A DNA stretch of 64,000 nucleotides from Entomortierella parvispora E1425 (lineage: Eukaryota; Fungi; Mortierellomycota). The notes under the pieces were generated by a model. The model did not search any database. It was not told where the DNA came from and saw only the letters and a list, made by a program, of their open reading frames with translations. The stretch's first letter is position 1, and every line of letters starts with the position of its first letter. The DNA lies in the NCBI GenBank assembly GCA_020891255.1, contig BQFW01000001.1, positions 992,001 through 1,056,000 of the forward strand. Direction: 5' to 3'. Shown here in pieces: positions 34,740 to 46,777 of the stretch. A program made the position numbers and the translations under genes.

Positions 34740-36353
34740 CAGTGCTGTGCAAAAATGATCAGATGATTTGCTGATTTCGACATGAATGCCATTTGCATTC
34801 CCTCCATCTAGTTTCACCTTACCCCCTCCCTACTAACGTTTCCTTGGTATTTTTCACATAGTTTAGTTCAGGTTTGAGTTCAGATCAATAAATGCAATGA
34901 GAAATGAATGAACACTCAATTCGCCCATGTCCACTTGATCATTTTTGCACTTTTTTGTGACGTGGCTTTATTTGGTTCCTGAGCATTCCAGGCACGGTCC
35001 ACCAGTTCCAAAATTGAACACCTCGACGCGTCAGCTTCCTCCGGTCATTTTGGTCACTCATTACTCCATCATCGCTCAAGGCAATGAAGCCCATTCCTCC
35101 TTCAAAGTTCAATGATATCAAACAGCAAGTTTTACAAGGAAAACCTCTTCGCGAGGTCGCTCGAGCTTTCAACGTGTCACCAGGTTCAGTTGCAACAATC
35201 AGGAAAACTATTCAGGAGAACGTCCCGCCACCATGCATTGGCCGACCTAAGAAGATTTCCGATCAAACTCGAAAGTTAATTGCACGGGAATTAAACAACG
35301 GCATACTTTTGACGATGAAGGATGCAGTTCGGGAAATCAGAATCTTGGATGGAAGGCAGGTTCATCGAACCACGGTCCAGCGCAATCTCAAGGACTTCGG
35401 GGTGAAGGCATGGGTCAAACCAAAGAAACCAAAACTTGAGCCGCATCAGCGACAAGCTCGGTATGCATTCGCTCGGCGACATGAGAAGTGGACGATTGAC
35501 CAATGGAAGAACGTAATGTTCTCAGATGAGTCGAGTATAAGTCGCATAGGGTCCTTCGGAAGACAGTACTTTTACTCCGATAGGGAGCACAAGCGTTCAG
35601 AGCCTCACCAAGTCAAGGAAACCAAGCAGAGTGGCGGAGGGAAAATTATGGTCTGGGGTTGCATGATCTACTACGGCCTTGGTGACCTTTCTTGGATCCC
35701 GGGAAAGATCAATTCGGATCAGTACCTTACTGTGCTCAAGGATTATGTCCTCCGAAGTCGCGACTGGTTTGGCATGGACAGAGAGACATTCATCTTTCAG
35801 CAGGACAATGCCAGCATTCACACTGCGCGTATTATCAAAGACTATTTTTCAGAGCAACAACTCACCGTTTTGGAGTGGCCAGCCAATTCGCCGGACCTCA
35901 ACCCTATAGAAAACCTCTGGGCAATCATAAAACGACAACTGGATGAGTTTAAAGTTCGCCCAAAGAACTTTGACGAGCTATGGGAGAATGTCCAACAAAT
36001 TTGGGAAAAAATAAGTTTGGAGGACATTCAGAATCTTTATGACAGTCTTCCCAATCGCATACAGCAAGTGCAAAAGCGTAAGGGAGGTCATTCTGACTAC
36101 TGAGGGGACCTCTATCAACGTTGCAGCAATAAAGGCAAAAAAATGCAAAAGTGATCAAGTGGACATGGGCGAATTGAGTGTTCATTCATTTCTCATTGCA
36201 TTTATTGATCTGAACTCAAACCTAAACTAAACTATGTGAAAAATACCAAGGAAACGTTAGTAGGGAGGGGGTAAGGTGAAATTAGATGGAGGAAATGCAA
36301 ATGGCATTCATGTCGAAATCAGCAAATCATCTGATCATTTTTGCACAGCACTG
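34740..36353 (+). mobile_element. Tc1/mariner DNA transposon with ~210-bp TIRs, inserted at a TA in the gag of A3
   Basis: TIRs CAGTGCTGTGCAAAAATG... at 34740-~34950 and ~36143-36353. TA at 34738-34739; the right TA is split by the H insertion. Confidence 0.95.
35084..36103 (+). CDS. Tc1-family transposase, 339 aa, DD34E
   Basis: FSDES, QQDNA..H, WPANSPDLNPIENLW, with 34 residues between the second D and the E. N-terminal HTH and GRPKK. Confidence 0.95.
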   Translation: MKPIPPSKFNDIKQQVLQGKPLREVARAFNVSPGSVATIRKTIQENVPPPCIGRPKKISDQTRKLIARELNNGILLTMKDAVREIRILDGRQVHRTTVQRNLKDFGVKAWVKPKKPKLEPHQRQARYAFARRHEKWTIDQWKNVMFSDESSISRIGSFGRQYFYSDREHKRSEPHQVKETKQSGGGKIMVWGCMIYYGLGDLSWIPGKINSDQYLTVLKDYVLRSRDWFGMDRETFIFQQDNASIHTARIIKDYFSEQQLTVLEWPANSPDLNPIENLWAIIKRQLDEFKVRPKNFDELWENVQQIWEKISLEDIQNLYDSLPNRIQQVQKRKGGHSDY

Positions 36354-36354
36354 T

Positions 36355-36804
36355 TGTCACGGTCGGACAAGGCAGGAACAAGAGAAAGAGGGAAGGTATG
36401 GTTTATTGGGAATTGTGAATTGCAGACTGGGGAATACAGCTATGAATCAAGGGGGTTTTTATACTAGAGAGAGGTGCGGGCCTGGACCTAGTCTGCGTTG
36501 TGTCAGGGAGGGCGCCGGGAAGTATAATCATAAGCTCGACCTATGAGTTGGGTCGTAGATGGCGACAACGGTGATGAAGGAGGAGATGGAGGTCCAAATG
36601 GGTGCAGCCGACGGATATATATCAATGATAGATAGAACATCCGAAGTCTAGACCCTGGAGGACTCCAATGGGTTTGACCCTAGATCCTAGGTTCGGATCC
36701 TATATCAAGCAAGACGCGTTCCGACAATGGGTGGAACGGAGTGACCAATTGGTGCCCAGCACGGCACGTGACAGATCGCGGCTGATATCTGACGGTTCGT
36801 GACA
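36355..36804. repeat. Solo LTR H (450 bp), TSD ACTGT
   Basis: TGTCACG...CGTGACA termini. ACTGT at 36350-36354 and 36805-36809. TATAAAA and AATAAA lie on the minus strand. Confidence 0.92.
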
Positions 36805-37237
36805 ACTGTAGTACCGTTGGTGGGGCGGCTCTGTAAGGAGCGGTGAAGGGTGCCGAGTTGCTTGTGGATATTGTTGAGTTGGATATGAATATTGTCCACT
36901 TCCATTGCGTTGGGGTCGGTGATACCAGCAGAGGATCCCGAGGCAGCCAGTGCTTTGGCACCGAGTGATGGGTCTCCAGTGTGGAAGATACGACCGAACT
37001 CCTCCGCGGCCTTGAAGAGTCTGGGCAGATCTATGGTGTCGTTGCCTGCATTAACAATGGCCACTTCCAGCATCTGGCGAAGCTGAGTAGGTGCACCACT
37101 GAGAAAGGCAGTACGGTGCAATAGGAGTATCGAGGGTGGAGTGGAGACAAGAAGTGAGTTTTATTATATTGCAAGTTTCTAGCTTTTGTAGGTACACATC
37201 GCGTGATGTCACCGTATTCCTGTTACACCTTCCCCTT

Positions 37238-40200
37238 TTAAAAAATGATACCGTGCTGCTCTTTGAAGGTTGTGACCAAGTCCATGCAGTTGTCCAAGTT
37301 GCTTACTGGGAGCCATTCGTCAGCTTCTCTGCCGTAGCCTTTGAATGACACTAGGAACTGGTGTTGTCTGCGGTAGAAGCGGTACTTTAAAATTTCGTCC
37401 ACTTCATACTCCTCTTCGCCGTCAATTACAGTGGGATCCACGGGGGCAGGAGCTCGAATGCCGAGTGACTCCGGGGACGGCAAATAGGGTCGAAAGGTAT
37501 CAACGTGGAAGACGTCATGGATTTTGTAGAATGGTGGCAGCTCGACGCGGAAGGTGACAGGTGAGTGTTGCTCCAAAAGTGTGAACGGGCCAAGGAATTG
37601 AGGTCGAAGTTTATCGGCTGGTCTGATACTGTCGGCAGGGATGGTGATATTGGTGGCACGCAGCAGGACCTTATCGCCAACCTTGTACTTGTGATCCCGT
37701 CGTCGCTTGTTTGCCTGTTGCTCCTGATGATCCTGAGCACGCTGCAGAGCATCCTGGGCCAGGGCAAGGGTGGTCGCCTGCTCAGTCAGGAAGGTATCGA
37801 CAGTGGGGACTGAGCTGCTGGGTTTACCGAGGAGAGCGGTGGGGAGACGAGGGTGCTGGCCAGAGTTGAGGAAGAACGGCGAGTATCCCGTGGATGCATT
37901 GACAGCGTTGTTATAGGCGAATTCCAGTGACGGAAGGAGCTGGTCCCAGTTAGACTGCTTGTTGTCAATAAACGCTCTCAACATAGTCTTCAGCGTCTTG
38001 TTCATAACCTCTGTCTGCCCATCCGTCTGTGGGTGGTAGGCGGTTGACAGTGCAAGTTTGACATCCATTAGCCTGTGCAACTCTTGCCAGAATCTACTAG
38101 TGAATCGAGTGTCGCGGTCCGAGATGATGGATGTTGGTGTGCCATGCAGCTTAAAGATGTTGTCAAAAAACTGGTGGGCGACGTCGACGGCTGTGGCAGA
38201 GGTAGTACTGGGGACGAAGTGAGCTTGCTTGGTCAGCTTGTCGACAAACACTGTGATGGCGTCAAAATTTCTAGCTGTGGGCGGAAGAGGGCCGATGAAG
38301 TCCATGGTGACTACCTCCCAACGTTGCGAAGGAATGGGTAGCGGTTGCAAGAGTCCAGCTGGTCGATCCTGTGAGTCCTTGTTCCTTTGACACTTCTCGC
38401 AGGTTGCTACATACTGCTGGGTATCCTTGGCGATGTGGGGCCAATATACGAAACGGCGCAGGTTGTCGTAAGTCTTTTGAAAACCAAAGTGTCCAGCAGT
38501 GGCAGAGTCGTGAGCGTCGTGCAAGAGAGTGAGGCGGATCGGGGAGTGCCGAGGGATGGCCAGGGTGGTTGCTCCACGTCGGGTAAAGTAGAGGAGGTTG
38601 TTCTGGAATGAATATCCATTGGCAACCTTCCCATCCAGGCAATCCTTGTAGATGGGTCCAAGTCGAGGATCGTCGTTGTAGTCCTGGACAAGCTGGTCAC
38701 GGACGTCCGGGGACAGGGAGACGCTGAGGTTGTATAGCTCAACAGGGTCAGGCTCGCGGTAGTCCGGTCGTCGGGAGAGAGCGTCTGGGACGATGTTGTC
38801 AACTCCTCGCTTGTACTTGAAGTCAAAGTCGTATTCCTGAAGCAACTCCATCCAGCGAGCCTGTCGACGAGTGAGTTTGGGCTGTGTGGGGGAAGTGGCG
38901 GAGGGTGGCGTGGTCGGTGTGGACGCTGAACTTGGTTCCATCGAGGTAGTAGCGCCAAGTGCGGAGCGCATGGATGACAGCCAACAGTTCCTGCTCATGG
39001 ACAGGGTAGTTCCGCTCAGCTGACTGCATTTTCCTGGAAGTGAATGCGATGGGATGGGTATTCCCTTCCCGGTCAGTCTGCAGCAGCACTGCACCGATGG
39101 CGAAACCGGATGCATCTGTTTCGACAAAGGTGAGAGATCAGGGTCGAAGATGCGGAGGACGGGGGCGGAGCAGATGGCGCGTTTGAGCTGAAGGAATGCA
39201 GATTGTTGTTCGTCGGTCCATTTGAAGGGAGTGTTGTTGGCGAGGAGGGAAGAGAGAGGGAGGGCAATCCCTGCAAAGCCCGATACGTACTGTTGATAAA
39301 ATTGCGCAAGCCCCAAAAATTGCTGGACGTCCTTTGTGCTCTTGGGGGTGGGCCAGTCACTGATGGCTTTGCTGAGCCCGGCCGATGTTTTGATCCCGTC
39401 CTTCGTGATGGTGTGGCCCAAAAATTCAGTTTCGTCTTGCATGAAGGAGCACTTGCTCAATTTCGCGTACAGACCGTTCTTGCGGAGGAGAGCCAGGACG
39501 CTTCGGAGATGCTGCAGGTGTTCTTTCTTTGTCTTGGAGTAGATCAACAGATCGTCGAGATACACGACAACCCATTTGTCCAAGACTGGATCGAGTACTC
39601 GCAACATCATATTGGAGAACGAAGCAGGAGCGTTAGTAAGGCCAAAGGGAACAACATTGAACTCAAAGTGACCATAGCGACAACGGAAGGCAGTCTTGTG
39701 TGTGTGTGGTTCAAAGATACGCTGCTGATGATAACCGGATAACAAGTCCAACTTGGAGTAATAGCGTGCTCCACGGAAGCGGTCAAGAAGCTCGTCGATA
39801 CGGGGCAACGGGTGTCTGTTCTTCCTGGTGATCTTGTTGAGGCCACGGTAGTCGACGCACATTCGGAGTGTGCCGTCCTTCTTCCGCACAAAGAGCACGG
39901 GGGCGCCATAGGGAGAGGTACTGGGTTTGATAAAACCTGCTGCTAGCAATTGGTCCAGTTGTTTGCGAAGTTCGTCAAGCTCGGCGATTGAAAGTCTAAT
40001 GACAGGGCGGAAGGGTGGGTCGGCTGTCGGGTCGGTCTCGATCTTCATAGCATCACCACGGTCTGGGGGCAGGCCGTCCGGGAGTTTCTCCGGAAAGACA
40101 TCAGCGAACTCTTCCATGACAATGGACCGCACCTCTGGGGTCATATCGGGAATTGTACGCGGTTGGTCAGTTTCTTCAGAGGGCTCTGGGGTGTTGCGAA

Positions 40201-41053
40201 TAAGGGCCAGGAACACCTCCGAGCCGGGCAGGGTTGCCATGGAATGAAAGTGCATGTGTGTGAGGAGGAGTCCTTTGGTGCGGCTTTGGATGTGATCGGC
40301 CTTGAAGCCGCGGCAGCTCCATTTGACATCGATTCCATTGTGAGTGAAATGAAGATCGTTGGTGCGCCAATTGATGCAAGGGTTAACTTTGGTGAGCCAG
40401 GGTTTGCCAAGGATGAGGTCGTATTTGTTGAGAGGATAGAGAATAGGGTTGAGCGAATCGGAGTAGTCGCTGCGGTTGAGGGTGATGGGGACGGTGTGTG
40501 ATGTGAGGGAGGAAGAGCCATTGGGGAGGAGGATGGGGATGGGCAAGCATTCAGTGCGGAGGAGCTGGTGTCGTTTTTGAAAAGACGAACTGATAATATT
40601 ACCTTCTGCACCACCATCAATCAGGATTCTGGCAGCGTGGCCATTGACAGAACCGATGAAAGTGAGCAGTTGGCTCTCTGCCTTTTGGACAGTGAATTCG
40701 TGTAGGCGAATCGCACGACGCTTCAACTTCTTCAACTGACTTTTGGACAGAGGTACACTAGGTGCCGGCGGTACAGCGAGAGGGTCCGGTTCATCTGTAT
40801 CGGAGGATCTAGGTAGAGGAGCGGACAGGGCAACTGGAGCGGGCGAGGCAACAGGTTTTTTGGTTTGGTTTTGGTTTCGGTCCGATAGAACAACCAGAGC
40901 ATCGTGGATGTGAGTTCGCTTGTCATGATTGGAGTCATGTTTCTGAGGTGTAGAATCAAGTGAAGTTTTATTTGAGGTACTTAGCTCAGGGTTGTTGGCT
41001 ACAGTTTCGACAACTGGGGTCCGGACCGACCCTAGTTGCCGGAGGCTTTTCCC
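37238..41053 (-). CDS. pol: Pol of A4, reached by -1 frameshift. The RNase H core is out of frame for ~90 aa between two compensating indels
   Basis: 1165-aa called ORF with PR, RT, INT and chromodomain. Segment [13 protein letters not shown]...PSATS replaces [14 protein letters not shown]...ATLRH. Confidence 0.85.
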   Translation of the reverse strand, partial: GKSLRQLGSVRTPVVETVANNPELSTSNKTSLDSTPQKHDSNHDKRTHIHDALVVLSDRNQNQTKKPVASPAPVALSAPLPRSSDTDEPDPLAVPPAPSVPLSKSQLKKLKRRAIRLHEFTVQKAESQLLTFIGSVNGHAARILIDGGAEGNIISSSFQKRHQLLRTECLPIPILLPNGSSSLTSHTVPITLNRSDYSDSLNPILYPLNKYDLILGKPWLTKVNPCINWRTNDLHFTHNGIDVKWSCRGFKADHIQSRTKGLLLTHMHFHSMATLPGSEVFLALIRNTPEPSEETDQPRTIPDMTPEVRSIVMEEFADVFPEKLPDGLPPDRGDAMKIETDPTADPPFRPVIRLSIAELDELRKQLDQLLAAGFIKPSTSPYGAPVLFVRKKDGTLRMCVDYRGLNKITRKNRHPLPRIDELLDRFRGARYYSKLDLLSGYHQQRIFEPHTHKTAFRCRYGHFEFNVVPFGLTNAPASFSNMMLRVLDPVLDKWVVVYLDDLLIYSKTKKEHLQHLRSVLALLRKNGLYAKLSKCSFMQDETEFLGHTITKDGIKTSAGLSKAISDWPTPKSTKDVQQFLGLAQFYQQYVSGFAGIALPLSSLLANNTPFKWTDEQQSAFLQLKRAICSAPVLRIFDPDLSPLSKQMHPVSPSVQCCCRLTGKGIPIPSHSLPGKCSQLSGTTLSMSRNCWLSSMRSALGATTSMEPSSASTPTTPPSATSPTQPKLTRRQARWMELLQEYDFDFKYKRGVDNIVPDALSRRPDYREPDPVELYNLSVSLSPDVRDQLVQDYNDDPRLGPIYKDCLDGKVANGYSFQNNLLYFTRRGATTLAIPRHSPIRLTLLHDAHDSATAGHFGFQKTYDNLRRFVYWPHIAKDTQQYVATCEKCQRNKDSQDRPAGLLQPLPIPSQRWEVVTMDFIGPLPPTARNFDAITVFVDKLTKQAHFVPSTTSATAVDVAHQFFDNIFKLHGTPTSIISDRDTRFTSRFWQELHRLMDVKLALSTAYHPQTDGQTEVMNKTLKTMLRAFIDNKQSNWDQLLPSLEFAYNNAVNASTGYSPFFLNSGQHPRLPTALLGKPSSSVPTVDTFLTEQATTLALAQDALQRAQDHQEQQANKRRRDHKYKVGDKVLLRATNITIPADSIRPADKLRPQFLGPFTLLEQHSPVTFRVELPPFYKIHDVFHVDTFRPYLPSPESLGIRAPAPVDPTVIDGEEEYEVDEILKYRFYRRQHQFLVSFKGYGREADEWLPVSNLDNCMDLVTTFKEQHGIIF

Positions 41054-41952
41054 GAATCAGGGGATTCACCCGCGGTTACTTGATTAATTCCTCGGCTGCC
41101 GTTGCCGTACTTAGGGCAATTGGGACTGATGTGACCCAATTCGCGGCAGCGGAAGCAGCCACCGTTACGTACAAGGTACTCTCGGTCGGCGGCGGTCAGG
41201 GGTGCGGGGCGATCTCGAGAAGGGTTGTTAGTACCGTTGGTGGGGCGGTTCTGTAAGGAGCGGTGAAGGGTGCCGAGTTGCTTGTGGATATTGTTGAGTT
41301 GGATATGAATATTGTCCACTTCCATTGCGTTGGGGTCGGTGATACCAGCAGAGGATCCCGAGGCAGCCAGTGCTTTGGCACCGAGTGATGGGTCTTCAGT
41401 GTGGAAGATACGACCGAACTCCTCCGCGGCCTTAAAGAGTCTGGGCAGATCTATGGTGTCGTTGCCTGCATTAACAATGGCCACTTCCAGCATCTGGCGA
41501 AGCTGAGTAGGTGCACCACTGAGAAAGGCAGTACGGATAGTATCGTTGAGAACTGCGTTGTCGGCGTAGTAAGACTGGAGGAGTAGGTGGTATTCACGGG
41601 CTTTGGTAATATAGGCCATGACGTTGGAGATGTTCAGTGGCAGTGTCATTTTCATTTGCATTGTGAGGGCGAGAATGTGCTCCTTAAACTTCGCAGGGCT
41701 GAACTCGGCGGCAAGGAGCTCGCTGAAATCCGGGAATGAGGTGTCGGATGGCTTGTTTAAGAGTGCCCACCAGCCGATAACCTCATCGCCGGCAAAGGCA
41801 AGGGTAACCCCGACCTTGCGAGATTCGGCAATTCCAGCGCCATCGAAGAAAAAGGTCATGCGTTTCAGAAAACCGAGAACAGAGAATCCGTCGCGCTTGC
41901 CGTTGAACGGTGTTGGATGAGGGAATTTGAATGACGGTGTCGCGGAGTCCAT
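41032..41952 (-). CDS. gag: Gag of A4
   Basis: Open ORF with a CCHC knuckle. Probable ATG is MDSATP. Confidence 0.85.
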   Translation of the reverse strand: MDSATPSFKFPHPTPFNGKRDGFSVLGFLKRMTFFFDGAGIAESRKVGVTLAFAGDEVIGWWALLNKPSDTSFPDFSELLAAEFSPAKFKEHILALTMQMKMTLPLNISNVMAYITKAREYHLLLQSYYADNAVLNDTIRTAFLSGAPTQLRQMLEVAIVNAGNDTIDLPRLFKAAEEFGRIFHTEDPSLGAKALAASGSSAGITDPNAMEVDNIHIQLNNIHKQLGTLHRSLQNRPTNGTNNPSRDRPAPLTAADREYLVRNGGCFRCRELGHISPNCPKYGNGSRGINQVTAGESPDSGKASGN

Positions 41953-44031
41953 GTTGGGTGAATTGTCGAGGGAGAGTTGATCGAAGAGGGATACGAGGGG
42001 GTCCAGGGTGTGAGTGTGTCGGAGGGTCAGTGGGTCAGTGAGGTCAGTGGATCGAAAACCTTTGCTACCATGCAATAGGAGTATCGAGGGTGGAGTGGAG
42101 ACAAGAAGTGAGTTTTATTATATTGCAAGTTTCTAGCTTTTGTAGGTACACATCGCGTGATGTCACCGTATTCCTGTTACATACGGATAGTATCGTTGAG
42201 AACTGCGTTGTCGGCGTAGTAAGACTGGAGGAGCAGGTGGTATTCACGGGCTTTGGTAATATAGGCCATGACGTTGGAGATGTTCAGTGGTAGTGTCATT
42301 TTCATTTGCATTGTGAGGGCGAGAATGTGCTCCTTAAACTTCGCAGGGCTGAACTCGGCGGCAAGGAGCTCGCTGAAATCCGGGAATGAGGTGTCGGATG
42401 GCTTGTTTAAGAGTTCCCACCAGCCGATAACCTCATCGCCGGCAAAGGCAAGGGTAACCCCGACCTTGCGAGATTCGGCAATTCCAGCGCCATCGAAGAA
42501 AAAGGTCATGCGTTTCAGAAAACCGAGAACAGAGAATCCGTCGCGCTTGCCGTTGAACGGTGTTGGATGAGGGAATTTGAATGACGGTGTCGCGGAGTCC
42601 ATGTTGGGTGAATTGTCGAGGGAGAGTTGATCGAAGAGGGATACGAGGGGGTCCAGGGTGTGAGTGTGTCGGAGGGTCAGTGGGTCAGTGAGGTCAGTGG
42701 ATCGAAAACCTTTGCTACCATGCAATAGGAGTATCGAGGGTGGAGTGGAGACAAGAAGTGAGTTTTATTATATTGCAGGTTTCTAGCTTTTGTAGGTGTG
42801 CCGGATCAGGCCTCTGACCCTTAATTTTTAGTTGACGAAGATATATCAGCGCCTCCAGCGCTCTCTCATTAAAACAGATCTCTTCTTCCGTCTCGTCATT
42901 ACTCGTACCCATACTTACTCACGTTGACGGGGACCCCCTGCCCCGCACACTTTTTTTGACGTAAAACGAAGGCCACCACATTCCCTCACGATCCCTTCGT
43001 CGTAGACATTAATCTCTTGAAAGATGTCGAACGGTTCTCCACAGAACACTTCTCCTGCTCCTGTGCCTCAAAACACTGGAGAGGACTCCTCTGGAATCTC
43101 AGCCGAGGCCACTCCAGTTGTATCCAACCCGCTTGAGTCTCACAGCTCAATCCTCGCGCTCAACAACAGTGGATCTCCTTTTCCAGTTCCAACGAGTGCC
43201 TTTGCTGGCTTCGCTGAACTATTGCGCTCTTCCGCTCCCATGGAAGTAGACGGAGAGCCACCTGTTAGCAGAATCGCTCAGCTAGAGTCCCTCGTTGTGC
43301 GCAAGCAACAGCGGGTGGATGAATTGGCTGAACAACGCGAAGATGTTCTACTCAAGGCTGAGGAGCTCATCAACGCTAGTCCTCCTGCAGAACAACCCTC
43401 ATTAGTTGTGCAACGCGATCTGATGTTGACTGATCTTGCTGACAAGTTGAAGCAAGCCAACGCTGATCTGGAAGTAGCTAGAGAAGCACTCAACAGGCGT
43501 CGCCCGCTTATTTTTCCGACGGCCACTTCACTTGCACAAGAGACTTCACAAGTACTTTTGAATTCATCCAACGTGGCTCCCGTTCTCAACGCTCCTTTCC
43601 ATCAAGCGTTGGTCCGTTACAACAGCTTCAAGTCCATTCCAGTCTTTCCAGGCACCCTGTCAGTCGACTTTGCCAGAGTTAGTCTCGCCCACTACCCTTC
43701 AAGTCCGGTCTTAGATCTGACTTCGCAGCTCAAGAATGTTGAAAAGAAGGACTTTGAAGCCAAGTTTGTCGAGGTCATCTTCACCTTTCTCGATCGTTTT
43801 GAGAAGTTCTTGGAGAACGTCTTACCGAGCTTTTTGATCCATTGGCTTGGCGTTACGTCTCGGTCGCTTTGCAAAAAGTAGAGATGGACCGTCGTTTTGA
43901 TTCTCAAATGGAGCTGATCAAAAATCCACTGGATCGTACTTGGGTTCAAGTCGAGAAAGCTATCAAAACCATTTTCTGCCTTGACATGATCAATGGTGAT
44001 CTGCTTGAGCGAGTCTTCACATTCAAGGCGC

Positions 44032-44540
44032 TGTGGTGTAGTAGATACGGATCACACATTTGTAGAAGTCAGTTTAGATACCCTTAAAAGATTGCGTTAA
44101 TATAATTTCGTGTTCAGAGCAGTAATTGCTCTGGGTCGCTTCCTTCCCTACTTTTTCGTTTGCTTTTGTTTGATCGTTACAGAACACATACACATCTCCC
44201 CCCCCCACTTCCTGCCCGATATCCCCTTTGCAGCAGCAGCAAGATCGACGCCTTAATTCCGATTGCTGAGACTATTAGTAGCTAGTCTAACCTCCTCCTC
44301 CCCCCTTTACCTTTGGATATCACAGACCCTGTTCTGCCGATCAAGCTTGCCTTCGTACAAGTCTTGAGCTTCCACCGGACTGAGATCTTTATTGATACTT
44401 GGTTCACACAGTTTAGACAGTGAGATCCTGCAACGTCTATCCTCCCCCTCGCAAGCAATCCCCTTTCCCTTGATCACTTGTGACCAGCCCCTCTCTCCTT
44501 GAGCTACGACCGATCCCCAACCCATTGTAGCAACACCACA
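44032..44540 (+). repeat. Solo LTR C4, TSD GCGC
   Basis: GCGC at 44028-44031 and 44541-44544. Confidence 0.95.
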
Positions 44541-46777
44541 GCGCTCCCTCAGGAGAACTCAGAAACCTTCGCCTGTCGCTTTGAGGGCTTGCTCAGAGCC
44601 TCTGGTATTGCCGATGCTCGAGGCAACACGGATTTCCCTCAGTCACTTCTAGTCGGGGTCCTCTATCGAGCGGTCCCGGACAATGTTCAGAACCTTGCTC
44701 TGTCTCATTTCAATCGGTTGTCCGACATCAAGGACTACGATGCGCTTCTAACGTTTATCCGCAACACCAGTAATACTCTCCAGGGTACGTATCCTTGGGG
44801 CGGTTTCTGGGCAGCCTCTCAATGGGCTCCGCACCTTATCAAACAAGACGGCACTAAAGGTCATTCATCGCACTCTGCTTCCCATGGCGGTTCTAAGCGG
44901 CAACGCTCCCCATCGCCTGCTCCTCGAGATCGCAAGTCCAGTCGTAAGCAACACAAGCAGAAAGGCAAGAGTGATCGATCCTCGCCACGACTCCCAGATG
45001 GTGAAAAGTGGTGCACCAATCCTCCGTGCACCACCCTTACGAAGCAACACTGGGACTCATCTTGCAGAAGACATAGCAACAATCGCACACCTGCAAGCTC
45101 CGGAACTCCCACGTCCGAGTCTTCAAACTCCAACGGTTCCTCCAATTCTACATTTGCTCATAAGAACAAGCAAAACTCTTCTAATTACTCCAAAAGACAC
45201 AACGCAGCCATTAACCGTCTCATTGAAGGCGAGGCTGACGATGATGATCCTATTCCTGACTTTGGCCTCAAAATCGATGATATTGACGACAACGAGGACA
45301 CCAAAGGTCTTGACCATGATTATAGTAATGTTGATGCAATTAAATCTATGGTTCTTGGTTCCTCTTATTCTACTTGTTCCACTCATGGTGACTTGGCTCG
45401 TTCTATCCATAATGTTACTCCTAAGTTCAATGCTCTATCTCTTACTGAAGCTGCACAAGCAGTTCCTTTTTTCCCTGCCGATCAATTTGATCGCTCCAAT
45501 TGTGCATTCACTGGCCAAAAACCAGAAGATACACGACTTGTAGTTCCTATCACTTTCAATGGTGTTGAGTATACAGCTCTGCTTGACACGGGTTGCACAC
45601 AGACAACAATTGATCCACGAGTAGCTGAAGAGCTATGCATCCCAACTACTCTGCTTTCAGGCACCAAAACTGTGTTAGCCAACCCTGATCATGTCAATCC
45701 CACTTGCATCACTACTCAGGCTGTTCAAGGCGGCTGCAATGGCCGCGCCCTAAACTACCAACTCGATGTCATGAAGCTGGACAGCTACGATTGCTATTTA
45801 GGAATGGACCTGTTTTCCCGACTAGGTTTTTCCATTAGTGGCATCCAATTCAAACGCCCAGACCTCTTACATGACAACGTCGAATCTGACAAAAAACCTT
45901 CTATTGTGTCCTCCACACGCCCCAATCATGAAAACTCCGAAGAGTTTAAATCTCAAAGACAGGATTTCCTGTCCGCAATTGGCGCTCCCCTTGCAGAGAA
46001 TGCAGCAATTAATCCTCAAAGCTGTTGTCCTCATCCCTCCATGAAGGTGCATCTTACAACCAAGGACGGCGCAACCGTCTTCCAACGCTCCTCTAAACCA
46101 TTCTCCCAATCTCAAAAGGGGGAGGTGGATGCTCAAATATCAAAATGGTTGAACGACGGTGTCATTGTTCCAGCACCGCACGGCACTCCTCATATGAACA
46201 AACTTACAATGGCTGCAAGGCACGATCTAGAAGGCAACCTCCTCAAAAACCGAGTGTGTCTAGACCCTCGTCACCTCAATAGTCTCTTAGAAGACACTGA
46301 CAACTTCACGCTGCCTCAAGTAGCAGACATTCTAGAGAAGGCGGCTGGTCACCGATTCTTCTCCACACTCGATCTATTTCAGGCGTATCATCGGTTAGCA
46401 CTCACAAAGGAGAGTCAACCCTTGACTGCCTTCATGCACAACGGCAAACAATACATGTTTGCTCGTGCCCCTTTTGGTTTGAAACCAATGACTTCCATAT
46501 TCCAAAGAGGAATGTCACTCATCCTAGGTGATCTGCCCTTTGTTGCTGTGTATGTAGACGATATTGTTATCTTCTCAGACACAGCGGAAGAACATCGTGA
46601 ACATGTCCGAGAGGTCATCAAACGCCTCACCAAAGCCAACCTTATTCTGAACCCTGACAAATGTAATTTCTTTAGCACTGAAGTCATCCTTTTGGGTTTT
46701 ATCATCAATGAGTCTGGACGTCGTATCGTCCCTGAAAAGGTTGCGAACATCCGCTCTTGGGCTCCACCCACTGACGG

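Larger units (their letters stand above)
37117..42181 (-). mobile_element. Full-length family A copy A4 (5,065 bp), TSD TACGG, nested in the gag of A3
   Basis: 111-bp LTRs at 37117-37227 and 42071-42181, PPT, PBS. TACGG at 37112-37116 and 42182-42186. Confidence 0.96.

Noticed and set aside
41032-42796. Apparent tandem duplication of gag N-terminus, PBS and LTR
   Set aside because: Produced by A4 inserting into the gag of A3 in the same orientation (TSD TACGG).
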